Of a DNA stretch of 63,718 nt, positions 48,289 through 61,447 are shown in pieces (position 1 is the stretch's first letter; each line of letters starts with the position of its first letter). Location: NCBI GenBank assembly GCA_026025075.1, contig JAPEUI010000044.1:62001-125718 (forward strand), read 5' to 3'. The notes below the pieces were generated by a model that ran no database searches, was not told the DNA's origin, and saw only the letters and a list, made by a program, of their open reading frames with translations. This DNA is from Vezdaea acicularis. Lineage: Eukaryota. Made by a program: the position numbers and the translations under genes.

Positions 48289-50327
48289 CTTGATAGATGG
48301 ATCAAGTTGGTCAAATGTTGATGACTTGGCAAAAAGGAGTGACTGTAAATTTACAAAATGAGAACAACAAGCACTTGTAGTAAAGACAGGATGAAGGTAT
48401 GAGGCTGGCCAGGTGGCGCTGACAAGACTTATAAACCTCTACATGGGATAGAGGAGATATCTCGAAAAACACGTGCATCAGCCATCCCGATCTTCATTTC
48501 CACATGCTCCGCTGACTCTGCACAGCACGTACAGAGCGTATCCTATGTCCAGGGTATCGGAGGGAAACATCGCAGATAATCCATGTGTTACCGATCAGGG
48601 CATGTCCCACTACATATTGGATATGCACAGCAGACGGCCATCCCTATGCAGCCGATACGTACCACGGGATCGGTGCGCTCGGCCGGGAGACGAAAAGACG
48701 CCAATCAATAGTGGCGGCCGTTAAGGGGTGTCCGTGTCGTACCTGAAACAGAGGCTGCTCGATGAGGATTCTGCTGCGGTGGGGAGATTGCTGCATATGC
48801 AAGGTTTCTCGAAGAAGCCGAAGCGAATATTAGACTGATAGGCCTGCTATCAGCACGTCACGCTCAGGGAACATAGGATCTGGACATGCTAAGATAACAA
48901 GATAACAAGATTTCAGGGTTCAGGTGCTCTCATAATGGATCAAGTCCATGCTTTCACTCTGTGTTCCTTGTCGGCATTAGGCTCTTCTTCTCGGCAACTC
49001 CCTTCTCGACTACGCAAGAGAGAATACGACGGCCCTTTCTGTAGGGGAGACAAACTTCATCAAGCAGCTTTGGTCAAAACTCTTCACCAGTCTGCGCCCT
49101 TCACAGGCCCTGATGAGCTCACAACAACAGCAAGCCATCACGTGATCGTCGCCACCCTTGCATGAGGGCTTGCAGCCCTCAGCTGTTCTGAAAGGGAGAC
49201 CGCGCACCATGCAGCAAGGGAGGCGATAATCAATTTTCACAGAGAGGGAGCAATCAGAAGTCCCCCTAGTCACTGTCAACCATGACCCACTTTATTTGGA
49301 TGGTTCACTCTTTGTAGGTCGGCACAGCAGTAGAAGCATCAAATTAGGCTGAGGCTCGCCAGAAAGCAGCAAGGAGCCGTTCGGGAAAAAGCCCAAAACT
49401 GGGCGCCACACAGGCTATATAGAATTTGCATGTCCATTTGCTCATCTGTCAAGGATATTAAAGCGAGGAGACGAAGTGTCATGTTGTAGCTAACAGCCCT
49501 CAACCCTTACTTCGACATAGTGTTGGTGTGCCTCGCCTTAACCAGAAAGTGGATCTAAAAGAAGAGACCACTAGCTCGTCTTTCGGTTGTGGTAAAGGAA
49601 GGGCAAGTGATCTTAATTGGAAATAGGGCGTCGACATACGACATACGACATCGATCGATATATCGTAGCGCGCCAAACTGGTCAGACTTTCCATGGAGAG
49701 CGAGCTCAGCCCGTAGCCGATTTGTTGAGCCATGACATACTGTAACAAAGCCACTGGCCTCCTGAGCTAGGATCTCAACTCAGATGTCTCCTTTGTGTTT
49801 GTTCTCAGGATCTAAGAACAAAGCCTATAGTTCCAAGAGAACTAGTCACCCTAAGATCTTCTAGAAGCCTCCACTCTACCTGGAAGCATGCCACGCACTG
49901 AAGGCGGTGCCAAACGGCCTCCAGTGCCAGTTCTAGCAACAAAAGCAGCCACTAATAAAAGAAAGGGTACGTTGTCAACGTTAGGTACATCTCATAGATC
50001 TTCTAACGTTCCTCACTAGCCTCTGCTGCTGGGGATATTATAGTTTTGAAATGCGTTACACACATAATTTAGTAGGTTTCAATCATTGTATGTGAACAAA
50101 AAATAATTGGAAGTTTGGCTTCCCTCTTTGGCTTCTCATCCTTTGTAAAGTGGGGGGGCAGAAGCCGAAACACACTTTGGCGCGTGAAGCGAGGCCAAGG
50201 TGTATTCAGACTTTTGCCCCCCTACTGTAGCAGCGCCACTACTCCACAAGACAACATGTCACTCCATATTATTTGAGGAAAGAGTTTTCTGCAAAATCTA
50301 GCCAAATTCAACGATGTTGAAGGCCTT

Positions 50328-51952
50328 TCACGTAGATCTAAAGATTTGCGGTGCGAGGGATCTCAATCTGCCTCTTGCCTTCCAGTGCTCCCAGTTATAC
50401 CAAGTGTCCTTCATGACATCGACGCCCCACATATAGTCTTGCCATTCTTCGTCTGCCCAAAGGTCGGGATTGCGGCCTACCCCCTTCATCCTACGGTCTC
50501 GTTCTTCTTGTTCCGGTCCATCAGGGAGATGCAATACTTTTTGGGTTGTAGCGGCCGAATTCTGGATCGCTTCACCCCGAGCCTTGCGAACTTGTTCGTA
50601 GATACTTAGGGCGACTCCTACATCGGATGTCTTCGCAAAGCATACAGTCAAGACGGCGGCATCTTCAATTGCCTGCGCTGCCCCTTGGGCAACATATGGA
50701 AGCCTTGGATTCAAGTTAGAAAGAGAGGCTAAAAAGCGAAACCAGGTTCAGGTCTACTTACATCGGATGGCAACTATCCCCGATCAAAACTGTCTTGTTT
50801 TCGTACCAGCTCGGAAGCTGTGCATGTGAATTGAGTGTCCATTCCACAACATCGCCGTCTGGAACATACGAAAGCAAGTCGTGCACAAGCCCATTCCAGC
50901 CTTTATACGTTTCAAGCATCTCTTTCTTGCTTCCTTTCGTAGTCCACGATTCGCAATTCCCAGATCTAGATTTCTGTGGGTGAATCAGTACCATGTTGTA
51001 GACGGTGTTGTTTCTGATAGGGTAGGCCATGATCTGTTCGAAGCACGATAAGCCCGGGAATAAGATCGAGTGGTGCGCTACCCCACTTACGTGTCCTCCG
51101 GGACCCATCCATCGCATTCCAACGTTTGAATTTAGAAGATCCAGGGCTCTTTGATCACCTTTCATACGGTCCCGAGGTATGAGGATTCGATAGCATGCAT
51201 CGCCAGTCGGCTTACTGCGATCTATGATGCCGTATTTAGCTACCATTTGGCGCCTGATATCGCTCTTGATACCGTCGGCCGCGATAATCACATCACCTTG
51301 GATCCACTCGCCGGAGGCAAGTTTAATCCGGGCCTCGAAGTTTGGATCGACTCGGACAACCTTACAGTTCGTGTGAACGACGATTTTCTCTGCTTCGGCA
51401 CTGGTGAGAAGAATGCGATGAAGATCGCTTCGGTGAATCACAGCCAGTGGCGCATGGTACTTCCTGCCAACCTGAGTGAAACTCTTAGCATGCAAACGGA
51501 TTCTGGGGGAAGGCTCGAAAACCTCAGGCATAAGCGGCGCAGTGCCTAGCTCTTCATTGTTCTGCCATCTTCTCAGAGAGTTCTCCCTCAAAATGTTGGC
51601 CTTAGACATAACCTTCTCTAGGAGACCCAATCGACCCATGATTCGCGCACTAATTAAATCAGCTTGATAAGACGTGACGACGGAGGCTTAACGCACAAAT
51701 TTGGCGCACATTGGATACCGGCCCCAACGTCACATATATCGGAGCTTTGCTCAAGGACCGTGACATGGTGACCAGATTGCCGCAGGCCTAAACAGTCTAT
51801 CAACAATTCCTTCCACTTTGCAGCCGTCAATGATCGCGGCTGTACTAACCAATGGCAGCGGCTAGACCCGCAATACCCGCCCCCACTATGATGATCTTGA
51901 GGGGCGAGCTCGTTTCTGGGTCCCACTGGAAGTCATCTCTGAAGTACTCCAT
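50328..51952 (-). CDS. FAD-dependent monooxygenase (salicylate hydroxylase-like, class A)
   Basis: IIIVGAGIAGL, VGAGIQCAPN, IAADGIKS, LIGDSCHPMLPYVAQGAAQAIEDA; introns 51849-51788, 51696-51650, 51522-51472, 51090-51034, 50761-50704. Confidence 0.92.
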
Positions 51953-53583
51953 TCAGTTTCGGCGTAGCATCATACGATTGACGTAGCCTGAAAACTCCTC
52001 GAGGTGGCGAAAGGGGGAAGTATAAGGGTTGGTAGTTCCTGCCATGCCACGAACATGCCGTCTTTCCTTTGGGGCTTGACAATTTAAAGAGAAACATATT
52101 GTTCGGTATGGCTGGACCAGCCGACACCCCAGTAGAGTGAATGACGATAGCCGGCTCCTCAGCCTTACCCATGCTCCAAATCCAGGTGAACGGGTAGTTC
52201 AGTCGGCATCAGGGGAGCTTGACAGGATGGCTTCCACGCACACCGAATTGCTTCGGCGATCAGCGTCGATCGTGCTTCACAGGAGGGGACGACAGGGCCT
52301 ATAGTGGAGGCGGAGAAAGCCGTGAATCGTTACACCCACCCGGGAATTTCAAGCATGGCCTCTTCCGCTCGAGTCATAGATTCCTCGTGAACCTCGGCGG
52401 GTCGTGGTCCTTCATGTGTCGTTGTCCTCGGTTCTAGGTGTTGGTCGAGTGGTTGACCTTCGGGCTTTCCATACCCGGCCAAGCCTGACTAGGTCATGAG
52501 CTGGCAGGTTGCCGCGGGGGGGGCGGGAACTCGAATTGCCGTGAGGCCAACTTTTTCCCATGGAGTCCCATGAGCGAGAATAGAACGTAAGAAAGACCGA
52601 CCCGGTAAGATGGTTGCTATATCAATTGGATACCAGGAGCCGAGAAAGGAGCGGTTGGCTCTGGCAGTTCTTTGCCCGCCCCGCGAGATCTTTCCAAACC
52701 GAGAAAGGAAGAACTTGTGGCGTCAGCTGTCAAGAGCCCATTGACTGCCGGAAGGAACGGCGACAGCGCCCAAAGGCGAGCGTGGATGAAGGGGTTCCTT
52801 ATCCAGGGGAGCCCATTCGGAGCGTGAAGGATGGAGGTCAAGAGTTGATCTAGGCTTGGTACGGCACTTGATCGCGGTAAGAGAGCCGGTCACGGACTTT
52901 GTCCTAAGCGAGTTGAGCGCGCCTGTGAGAGCACACGATTTGAATTCCGCCGCCAGAGCTGCACTCTACAATGTGCATTTATGCAATTATGCATCATGAT
53001 CTAGAGGAAGGCTTCCAATCAAGACTGAACGCAGGAGGCCTCTGCCCGAGTAGAGGAGCGTGGGAGCCCTTGGCAGTTGTATATTTGGGTTGATTACAGT
53101 AGTATGAGGCCGGACCTTATGATTGATAGCATCAATCCGCCATTACGTTTCCGCACGATCAATAGTCACATCGAGGTCTTCCCACAGGTCACGGACATCG
53201 ATGGAGCTAGATAGCCGTGAGATAACTGCCGAACTGCTCCGTCTGGTCGATATCTTCGAACGTGGCACCACTGCCTTCACCAGCCCTTTTCTTATGTTGA
53301 GATCGCTCCCGTTGCATGTCAAGAGCACGGCGGCAATTGAGCACATTTATCATGCTCGGCTAGCTAAGCCAGGACCTGAGTTCTAGAAGAAGATTCAAGT
53401 ATCGTAGCTGTATGATAGGAAGATGACAAGCCTCTGCAACGCCACAAACCAAACGCTTTTCTTCAAAGCTCGTAATTTGACGAACTACTTCCACGAGGGA
53501 GTGTTGACCACCTTCATTATATAAAAACCGAATCATCTGTATCAGAACCACGCCATACGTTGGGAGTCCTAACCCAAAATGCA

Positions 53584-55398
53584 TTAAGAGAAAAAACCGT
53601 CTCCATACTCGAGCAAACTGCTACTAGCGACGAAACTGAACCCACCAAACGGATTGCCGTCTGGGCCTGCGCTGAAAGGACCCTTCTCAATCACCGGACT
53701 GACGGCGAGGTCGGTAAACTCTCTTGAAAAGTTCTCAGCAAGCTCCGGATCAGTAATCAGAGGCCGAATAGGCGGCTCAAGCTCCCTCTTCTCAAGTTTC
53801 TTCCAATCTATCTTGCGGAAGAATCGGTGCTTCTTGATGGTCTGCAGGTCCTTAGGCATGTTGCTGCCGAGTCGCTTGGAGGGTTCCTTACGCAGTAGAC
53901 GGGTGAGCAGATCCTTGGCATCAGGACCCAGGAAGTAGGGAAGGGCCAGCTTTTGCTTGACTATTTTCTCCAGGATCTTGGAATGATTGTTGGCTTGGAA
54001 GGGAGGGGCACCAGTGAGAAGATCGAAGCCGAGTGCACCAAGAGACCACCAGTCGACAGCGAAGCCATAGTTCTGGCCCTGAACGACCTCTGGAGCCATG
54101 TATTCGACGGTCCCAAGAATTGACTTGCAGCTATCATCGTCCTCAACAGCGACCTTGCTGAGACCAAAATCGGTCAAGAGGAGGTGTCCTTCCGAGTCCA
54201 GAAGACAATTTTCCGGCTTGAGGTCGCGGTAGACCACGCCCACGTTGCGATGGAGATGCTCCAGTGCAAGCACCATCTCAGCCATATAAAATGACGCAAT
54301 CTCCTCAGTGAACATCTTTTCCACCGCCAGGTGTGTAAAGAGCTCTCCACCTTGAGCATACTCAAGGATGAGATAAAGCTTTTCACGGTCCTGAAATGCA
54401 TAAAAGAGTTTAACAACAAAAGGATGACGATTGACACTCTCGAGAATAGTACGCTCGGTCTTGGTCTGTTCCACCAACTTCTTATGGACTGTCAATGAAG
54501 CCTTTCGAAATTGCTTCTGAGCAAACAGTCTGCCAGTTGAAATTTGCCGCACAAGCAGAACCGTTCCATACGTTCCTTTGCCAAGGCAATGAAGCGGCTC
54601 AAAGTCAACAGCAGTCATCTTGCGGACAATTGAATCCTGGACAAGGCCACCCTCCACAGCACCAAACATGGGTTTGTAGCGGATATCTGGGCTGACAAAG
54701 TCATTCTCTAGCGGTACTTCGTATGTACCCATTTCGGTTGCGTCAACATCACTTGTAGTCTCTGAAGCGCTTCCCGTACTGCTTGGAAGTTCGGAGCCAA
54801 GCTTGCTTGCGTGCCGCATAAGCGACGGTCGCTCCGAGTCAGAACCAAGGTTTAAAGTCTCGATCTTGAGCTTCAAAGCGCTTATTCCACCATGCGAACA
54901 TGCTGATGAGGGTCTCAAAAAAGGGCTAGTGGAGGCGCTAACTACGTCGTAAATCCTTGGAGTGAGGGCTTTTTGGGGGGATGCTATTGAATAATCCGAA
55001 TCGTCATCTCCAGAGGCAGCAGCTGTGAAGCCTCTGACTGTTCGCATCGCCGGAGACGGTTTGCTTGGACCCTTTCTCCTCTTGCGCCTTCTATTCGTCT
55101 TTGCGCCGAGATTGGAAGCCCCGTTCCCAGGTGGGGAGTGATTGGCACTGTCAAGCTGTGTTTCTCGGTCGCGAACCCTATGGTTGCTCGATGCGATATT
55201 GAGGGGAGGCGTGCCAGCAGTCACTATATCAGCAAGGGAGTTCACTGGAAGCTTTTGCAACGGCACCGCAAGCGGAGGGGCACTATCTGTGCACGCCTTA
55301 GCAGAATCGTCGTCTTCGAAGCCTTCGCGCATACGTAGGGCTCCCATGGCGGATTCAACGATAGCGACCTGCTGATCTACCGCGTCAAACGCAAACAT
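53584..55398 (-). CDS. psk1: AGC-family Ser/Thr kinase, Psk1/Ypk3 (S6K-like)
   Basis: GKGTYGTV, FAQKQFRKASL, YRDLKPEN, DFG, GTVEYMAPE, DWWSLG, ITDPELAENF and hydrophobic motif FGGFSFVASS; intronless. Confidence 0.9.
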   Translation of the reverse strand: MFAFDAVDQQVAIVESAMGALRMREGFEDDDSAKACTDSAPPLAVPLQKLPVNSLADIVTAGTPPLNIASSNHRVRDRETQLDSANHSPPGNGASNLGAKTNRRRKRRKGPSKPSPAMRTVRGFTAAASGDDDSDYSIASPQKALTPRIYDVVSASTSPFLRPSSACSHGGISALKLKIETLNLGSDSERPSLMRHASKLGSELPSSTGSASETTSDVDATEMGTYEVPLENDFVSPDIRYKPMFGAVEGGLVQDSIVRKMTAVDFEPLHCLGKGTYGTVLLVRQISTGRLFAQKQFRKASLTVHKKLVEQTKTERTILESVNRHPFVVKLFYAFQDREKLYLILEYAQGGELFTHLAVEKMFTEEIASFYMAEMVLALEHLHRNVGVVYRDLKPENCLLDSEGHLLLTDFGLSKVAVEDDDSCKSILGTVEYMAPEVVQGQNYGFAVDWWSLGALGFDLLTGAPPFQANNHSKILEKIVKQKLALPYFLGPDAKDLLTRLLRKEPSKRLGSNMPKDLQTIKKHRFFRKIDWKKLEKRELEPPIRPLITDPELAENFSREFTDLAVSPVIEKGPFSAGPDGNPFGGFSFVASSSLLEYGDGFFS

Positions 55399-57248
55399 TT
55401 CGGAAAAGCGCGTGCGCGGAGATGACCTCTACGTATCTAGGGTGTTGGACTTCTTGGATCACATCCAGGACCAACTTTGGATGACAGTACTGTTGAGAGC
55501 TCTTAAGTCAGTCTATGGAGTCCCCCATATCAGGTGGGCGCGACCAACGTGTCTTCTCCACTGTAAAATTCTCGAAGTGATTACCGTCCGCCCAGCTCAG
55601 GACGGACCTGCTGCCAATAGCCAGATCAAGGCGGCGAAGCTAGCGTCCGTCTTCTTGATGCCAGTGCCTAGGTTTGGGATGGCGATATTGGACAAGTCCG
55701 CTCCAGCGCCAGATGGAGGGAAGCTGAAGAAATCGAGCGAAGAGGAATGCGTTGGTGTCACGGAATAGCCCATAGAGATATGTCGACGTCTTAGCCTTTA
55801 GTTTTGTGTTAAGACTTCTAGGTAAGAAGCTCGAGAGTGAATCGATAGTAGTGAATGTGTCGTGTCAAGAGTTTTTGTGGAGAGCGCATGCGAAACGACA
55901 AAAGGGTTTGCTTATGGTCGCATGAAAAAAGTTAGGGCGGAAAGGTGCGAGGCGGCCCCTGCCGCCCTGCCTTTGCGTAACAGCTTGTTCGAGCAGCAGA
56001 CTTCCCAAACGCGTTCAGAAGGAAATGTATTTCTCGAAATATTTGAAACTGAGCAAACGAATTTCCACAATTTTTATTGGCTATTCCCTGTCCCTCGGGC
56101 ATTTCTACTGTATATGACTTGAGGATAACTTAAATACGGCGTAAGCTGTAGGCAGGGGCCAGTCGCATCACACGACCTTTTGAAACTAAACTTGGAACAT
56201 CTCAATACGGAATAATTTATCGCTGAACCCATGATACGTTCATGAGATGATTGCATATTCGCCTACGAAGTATAATATCTCAATGATCTGGCGTCGGCCA
56301 TCTGGTAGCTTGGTACACCCACGGAGTCTCCGAAACGCTGCAAGCTTGCACGATCACAAATACTCGCTGCAGAGGACTGCTCCACAACACGCCAAGTCTA
56401 TCATGCCCGCATCAAGGAAAAGTAAGCCAAAGGCGCGTTTCATAGTGATCGTATCGTGTTGAAGGCGGACACCAAGCGGAAGCCCCGGGACCGTGCCATT
56501 GGCTTTCGCGGATCAGTCAAACGCGAGAAGGGGAAAGGTTGCCAAGCGAAAGCGTTTATTTTTGGGACCACCCTCGCCAATTCTTCACCTGTTTTTGGCC
56601 TGAGATTCCAGATCTGGCCCCGGACCTGAGACCGCAAGGCTGAGAGGTACTCGCTCGACCCTCCCACGCCCTCGTCGCGCCCGCTCTTCATCCATTCTCC
56701 CTTCTCCTCTATTTATCTTGTCATAATATAATAGCCGTTCCTCACAGGAATATAGGGCTTTTCTCTCGTTACTTCAGCTGCTATTTGACATTGCGCCGCT
56801 GAGCCTCCGATCTTAGGCCGACCATAACTGCCTCATTTGTTAGGCGCACACTCAGCCGAGAGCACCAAACGGGGGGGCTGTGCGAGGCTACAATCAAAGC
56901 CCGCGTTGATTCTTCACAACTGCAATCATTTTCCTGCATCGGTCAAGACAGTGACGTCTGACGACGGCTTTATTCTGGTCTAGCTGTGCCGCTCGTTAAA
57001 TCAATACCTCTTTCACGAACAGAGAAAACGTTGCTTTCCCGACTTGCAACTGTAGGTCGGAACAAGGGTCCTCTCGACATACAACAGATCGTGCACCTTG
57101 CCTACCACTATTCAAACTTTTCGATGGTACCCACAAGACAGTAAGTGCCTGCGTGAAGGCAGATGATACCAGCAACACAACAGTATCGGCGACCCATCAT
57201 CCCAGAATAATATACACCTGTCCGAACTTGGCTTGAAATTCGCAAACG

Positions 57249-60200
57249 ATGGCGGGGCGTCAGCCATCACACCCAGAGATACTGGTGGCGGGTGGTGCGA
57301 GACGCCAAAGCACGACTCAAGTATCACCATCTAGCCCTCATCCTAGTATTTTGCAGGCTGGATCAGAGAGCTGGGTGCAATCCCCCGTGGAACAAACTCC
57401 GCCCGAATGGCCTACGCCAGAGATCTCTACGTCAGGCTCATCAGCAGTTGGCATGAAAGAATACTTCCCAGATCAGCATCATGCTGGCTCTTCGGCCGCC
57501 TCGAACCGCAGAGAGTCGTATTCCCGAGCGAAAGGACAGAACAGCGTCTCGAGTGTCGTATCACCGATCTCGAATAGCTCTCCGGGGTCCCTCCCAGGAA
57601 GCCTTCAGGTCTCTCCACCAGAGACATCTGCCCAAAAGGGCTCCAGATCTGGTTCAACGTCTCACAATCATACAACGAATGAAAGATTGTCACAGCTTTT
57701 CCAGAGAACATCCACTCCCTCAAGTAGTACGAATCACAAATATCCAGACCGCCCCCCCTCCGCTGCGTCCTCATTTAGTGCCTCGTCTCAGGCCATTCCT
57801 TCAGTGCTTCTTCCTGCAGAGCCAAAGACCATGCTTTCGCATGCGCCCCCTCCACCATCCTTCCCGTCAGATACTAGCTATCGACCGCACTACTTGCAAA
57901 GTCCTTCCTTTGGAAGTGCAGGGAAGCCATCGCGGTCGGTGTCAATATATAAGGCTGCCCTTGGAAGGCTCCGTTCGAGCAGACAGCCTGGTCGGTCACC
58001 CTACGAGTCAGTTAGAGAGGTTGATGAGGAAGATTATGGTCATACGGACCTGGGATCTCTTGGTGGCGCTTTTCCTTTACATCCAGTCGCCCAGCCGCAG
58101 CCGCAGCCGAGATCAGGAGCGCGAGACCAGTCTACGATACAAGAGCAAGGAGAATACGCTTACGAGTTCCATCAACTGGAGGCTGCCGAGGCTCAGGGTA
58201 AATTAACGGGTGGGCTGGGCCAAGGGATGCTAGCTGCGAGAACGTTCGAGTTCAACCCAGAAGCGAGCAGATCAGCGGCTATCGGTTCCGACGGTTATCG
58301 TGGAGGTCTTAATCCTAATGGGGTCGCTTCTGTTGTTGACACAGGTCAACAAAAAGCGATTGAGTCTGGCGGAATGGTCATCATCAATGGTTAGCCTACC
58401 CCGATGATAATTATTTGCTTTTTCTAACGAATGGATAGAGGCTGGACTAGGGGTTGATATAGGGACTTGGGGGGGTGGTGTGGACGAAGAGAGCGGCACG
58501 CGACCTGATGGTGATACCGCGAGTTTGCGTATGAGCAATCAAGAAAACAAGCAAAGTTACTTCTTCCCACCTGGTAAGCTTACAGTGATGAAATAACAAG
58601 GCTGAACAAGAAGCTAATCGGTGAGTAGACAAATCACTGAACTGGAAGCCATTTTCGATGCGTTGGCCGTTTATTCTCTCTCTCGTGATTTTGTCATTTG
58701 GGTTGGGCGCCCTTCAAGAATTTGTGTGCCAAAGATCGATAGCCCTTCAGAATGAAACGCCGAAGAACGGTCTGTTGAAGTTCAAAACACCAGCAGAAGT
58801 CTCTACGCCAAAATACTTCGTATGGAAATATCTTCCGATCATTGTTGCTGTTCTTTATGGAGTCCTTTGGCAGATCGTCGACTTTGAAGTCAAACGCCTA
58901 GAACCGTATTATCAGCTATCCCGAGACACAGGGGCCACAGCCGCAGAATCGCTGAACATTGACTACCTTACCTTCTGGGCGTACCTCTCGCCGCTAAAAG
59001 CGATCAAGTACAAGCAGTGGGCAGTTTTGTCTTGTTCTGTTGCAGCCCTCCTGGCGCAGTCAATCGTGCCGACTTTGCAGTCTGCGTCAGTGAACCTTAG
59101 CCCTAAACCCCAAGGCGGAATATCGGGGCCCACCACGGAGAAATATGTCACCATTGATCCTGTTTGGTCCCGAATTCTTACTGCGACCCTGGTGATTGTC
59201 GGATCACTTGGATGCTGTTTGCTCTTCCAGCTTCGTCGCACATCGGGTCTTTTGAGTGATCCCAAGGGTATCGCAGGGGTCGCAGCCATGGCCACGAAAA
59301 GCCATATTCTCATGGACTTCAAGGGCCTGGACGAAGAATCTCCAGAGGCAATTCACAAGCGGCTAAGGCATCGCCGGTACATCTTACACAAGTCGTCTCT
59401 ATGGCAGGGTGCCTATATCAAGCAGAGCGACTTGGATAGGCAGGACCACCGACATCGGAACAGATTTGACCAATTCGTGCATAGACTCAAAGTTCGACTA
59501 CATCTGAAAGCAGATACGCCTCAGAATACCACTCTAGCCAGACAGAAGGAGAATCCGCATCCTCTCATGCTTCGGCTGAAAGCTGGCATACCATTCATTT
59601 TGTTCATGTGTTTCATCTTCGCTTTTGTGCCGGCTATTCTCTTTACAAAGGCCTTTACACTCTCCTACAAAGCGCCTTGGTTCTTCACGGCGCTCGCTAC
59701 CGCAATCAAACTCATCTGGAGCACACTGGAGTGCGACGTGCGAATGATGGAACCCTTCTATATATTGTCGAACCGGCATGCGCCGCCGGAAACTTTGACA
59801 CTGGATTACACGGGTACTATTCCTATCTGGATGCCTATAAAAGCCCTTATGAACGGGCACTTCCTGCTCTCTCTCGTCGGGATGTGTGCAGTCCTAACGG
59901 AGATACTCACGGTGTGCATGTCGGCCGTAGGATCCGCCCGAGTCAGTGGTTTGGAATACCTACCAGCACAATTCCGGGGCGAGGACCGAACTGGCGAAAC
60001 CGCCCCTCCATCGGGCGAAGAATCGTTCCGCTCATACTGGGCAAGCTTTCTGCTTTCCATGACAATCCTGATCATCCTCGTCTGCACGGCGACGATCGTG
60101 TACGCCGCACGCCGCCATCCTTTCCTTCCACGTATACCAGGCACTATCGCTTCGGTCCTCGCGTATATCCACCAGAGCAAAATGCTATACGACTTCGTCG

Positions 60201-60403
60201 ACACGGAAACGTTTGACGAGAAGAAGATGAACTTCAAGCTGAGAAGCCTCGGCAAGAGATACGGCCTCGGATGGTTCCGCGGCCGCGACGGAGAAGAACA
60301 CTGTGGTGTGGACGAGGAGGAGATGCTGGCCAACTACAAACATGGCCAGCCGTACCGCGACGCTGTCACGCCATGGCGTGGCGGCGATATCAGCGTGTTC
60401 TGA
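57249..60403 (+). CDS. DUF3433-family multi-pass membrane protein with a long disordered N-terminus
   Basis: Introns 58390-58438 and 58574-~58628 join ORFs 57249-58394 and 58658-60403 in frame; two repeats DFEVKRLEPYYQLS...LNIDY and ECDVRMMEPFYILS...LTLDY; PGTIASVLAY. Confidence 0.82.
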
Positions 60404-61447
60404 TGACTTGTTTTTTGAATCTACGATTATATGGCTGGAGTTGGCTGGGAGGATGCGGGTCCGTAGGAGAGAGTGCGTGGGCTCCCGTGTTTTGGTCTGC
60501 TTTTTCCTAGGTGCGAGCGGTTGCGAATACCCTGAATAGAGGACTCATTCTTGTCTGGTCGGTCATTTAGAGCGTGCAGCGGAAGGGCGGACATCGAGTA
60601 TCTTCTTCATACGTTGTGCATGATCTTTTAAAAAAACGCATCCGTGTTACGATAGTCATAAGGGAATAGATTTGTTCACATAAATTTGTGCCGAAGCTTG
60701 CCTTCTCGGTGAAGCGCAAATGGTATCGCGAAAGGGTACTGAACAACGTTCATTGGCAACCACTCATGGCACGGTCATCGAATCATTTCCCCAAATCATG
60801 TCACCGGATCACATCAAGCAGTAGAGGAAAAAACCATGGCGGCCAATCCAACGTTAGATTCGTCACTACCTAGCTAGACCTCACCCGTGACCCACAGCTG
60901 GGGGGGGGGAGGCATCCGCACAGCGAATGCGCATCCCTGACATTTTAAAAACCGTGGCCACAACGACAACCGGAGACAAAAGAGAACTCGCGAAGACAGT
61001 CGCGGACGGTGATGGCCTCTCTCGCAGAGAGAGGCAGACGAAACAGGACTTAAGCACATTCTTCCGTACCGGAGAACCTACGGCGCAAGATGGTGTAGAG
61101 AGAGGAGCAAGTTCAAAACAAGAAAGAAGGAGTGGTGCGGGGCGCAGCGCAAACAATTTGAGTGTTTTTTTTGGGTTTTCGGTTTTCTGTAAAAATGTGG
61201 ATGGCCGATTGAGGGTGTTAATTCGAGAAAAGGAAGAAGAGGAGAGGAGCCAACAAAAGCTCGGCCACGGTTCATTCTTATCCCGACTTAAATCGTCCAT
61301 GTTGCTTGGGTGTCCTGCACATTCTAAGTTTGGTTCATATAAACCCCATAATTCGTTCTTCCATATTTTTTTGGTCTTTTTCTAGATATCTTTTATTGGC
61401 CGAGGGTTTTCGTTGGATCATATCTGAGAGTATATGCGATCAACCGC

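Noticed and set aside
49280..50100. TA-rich stretch as a possible RIP-degraded transposon
   Set aside because: No transposase or RT motifs, LTRs or TIRs identifiable by eye.
50328..51952. Secondary-metabolite cluster around the monooxygenase
   Set aside because: No PKS, NRPS, terpene synthase, transporter or Zn2Cys6 regulator nearby.
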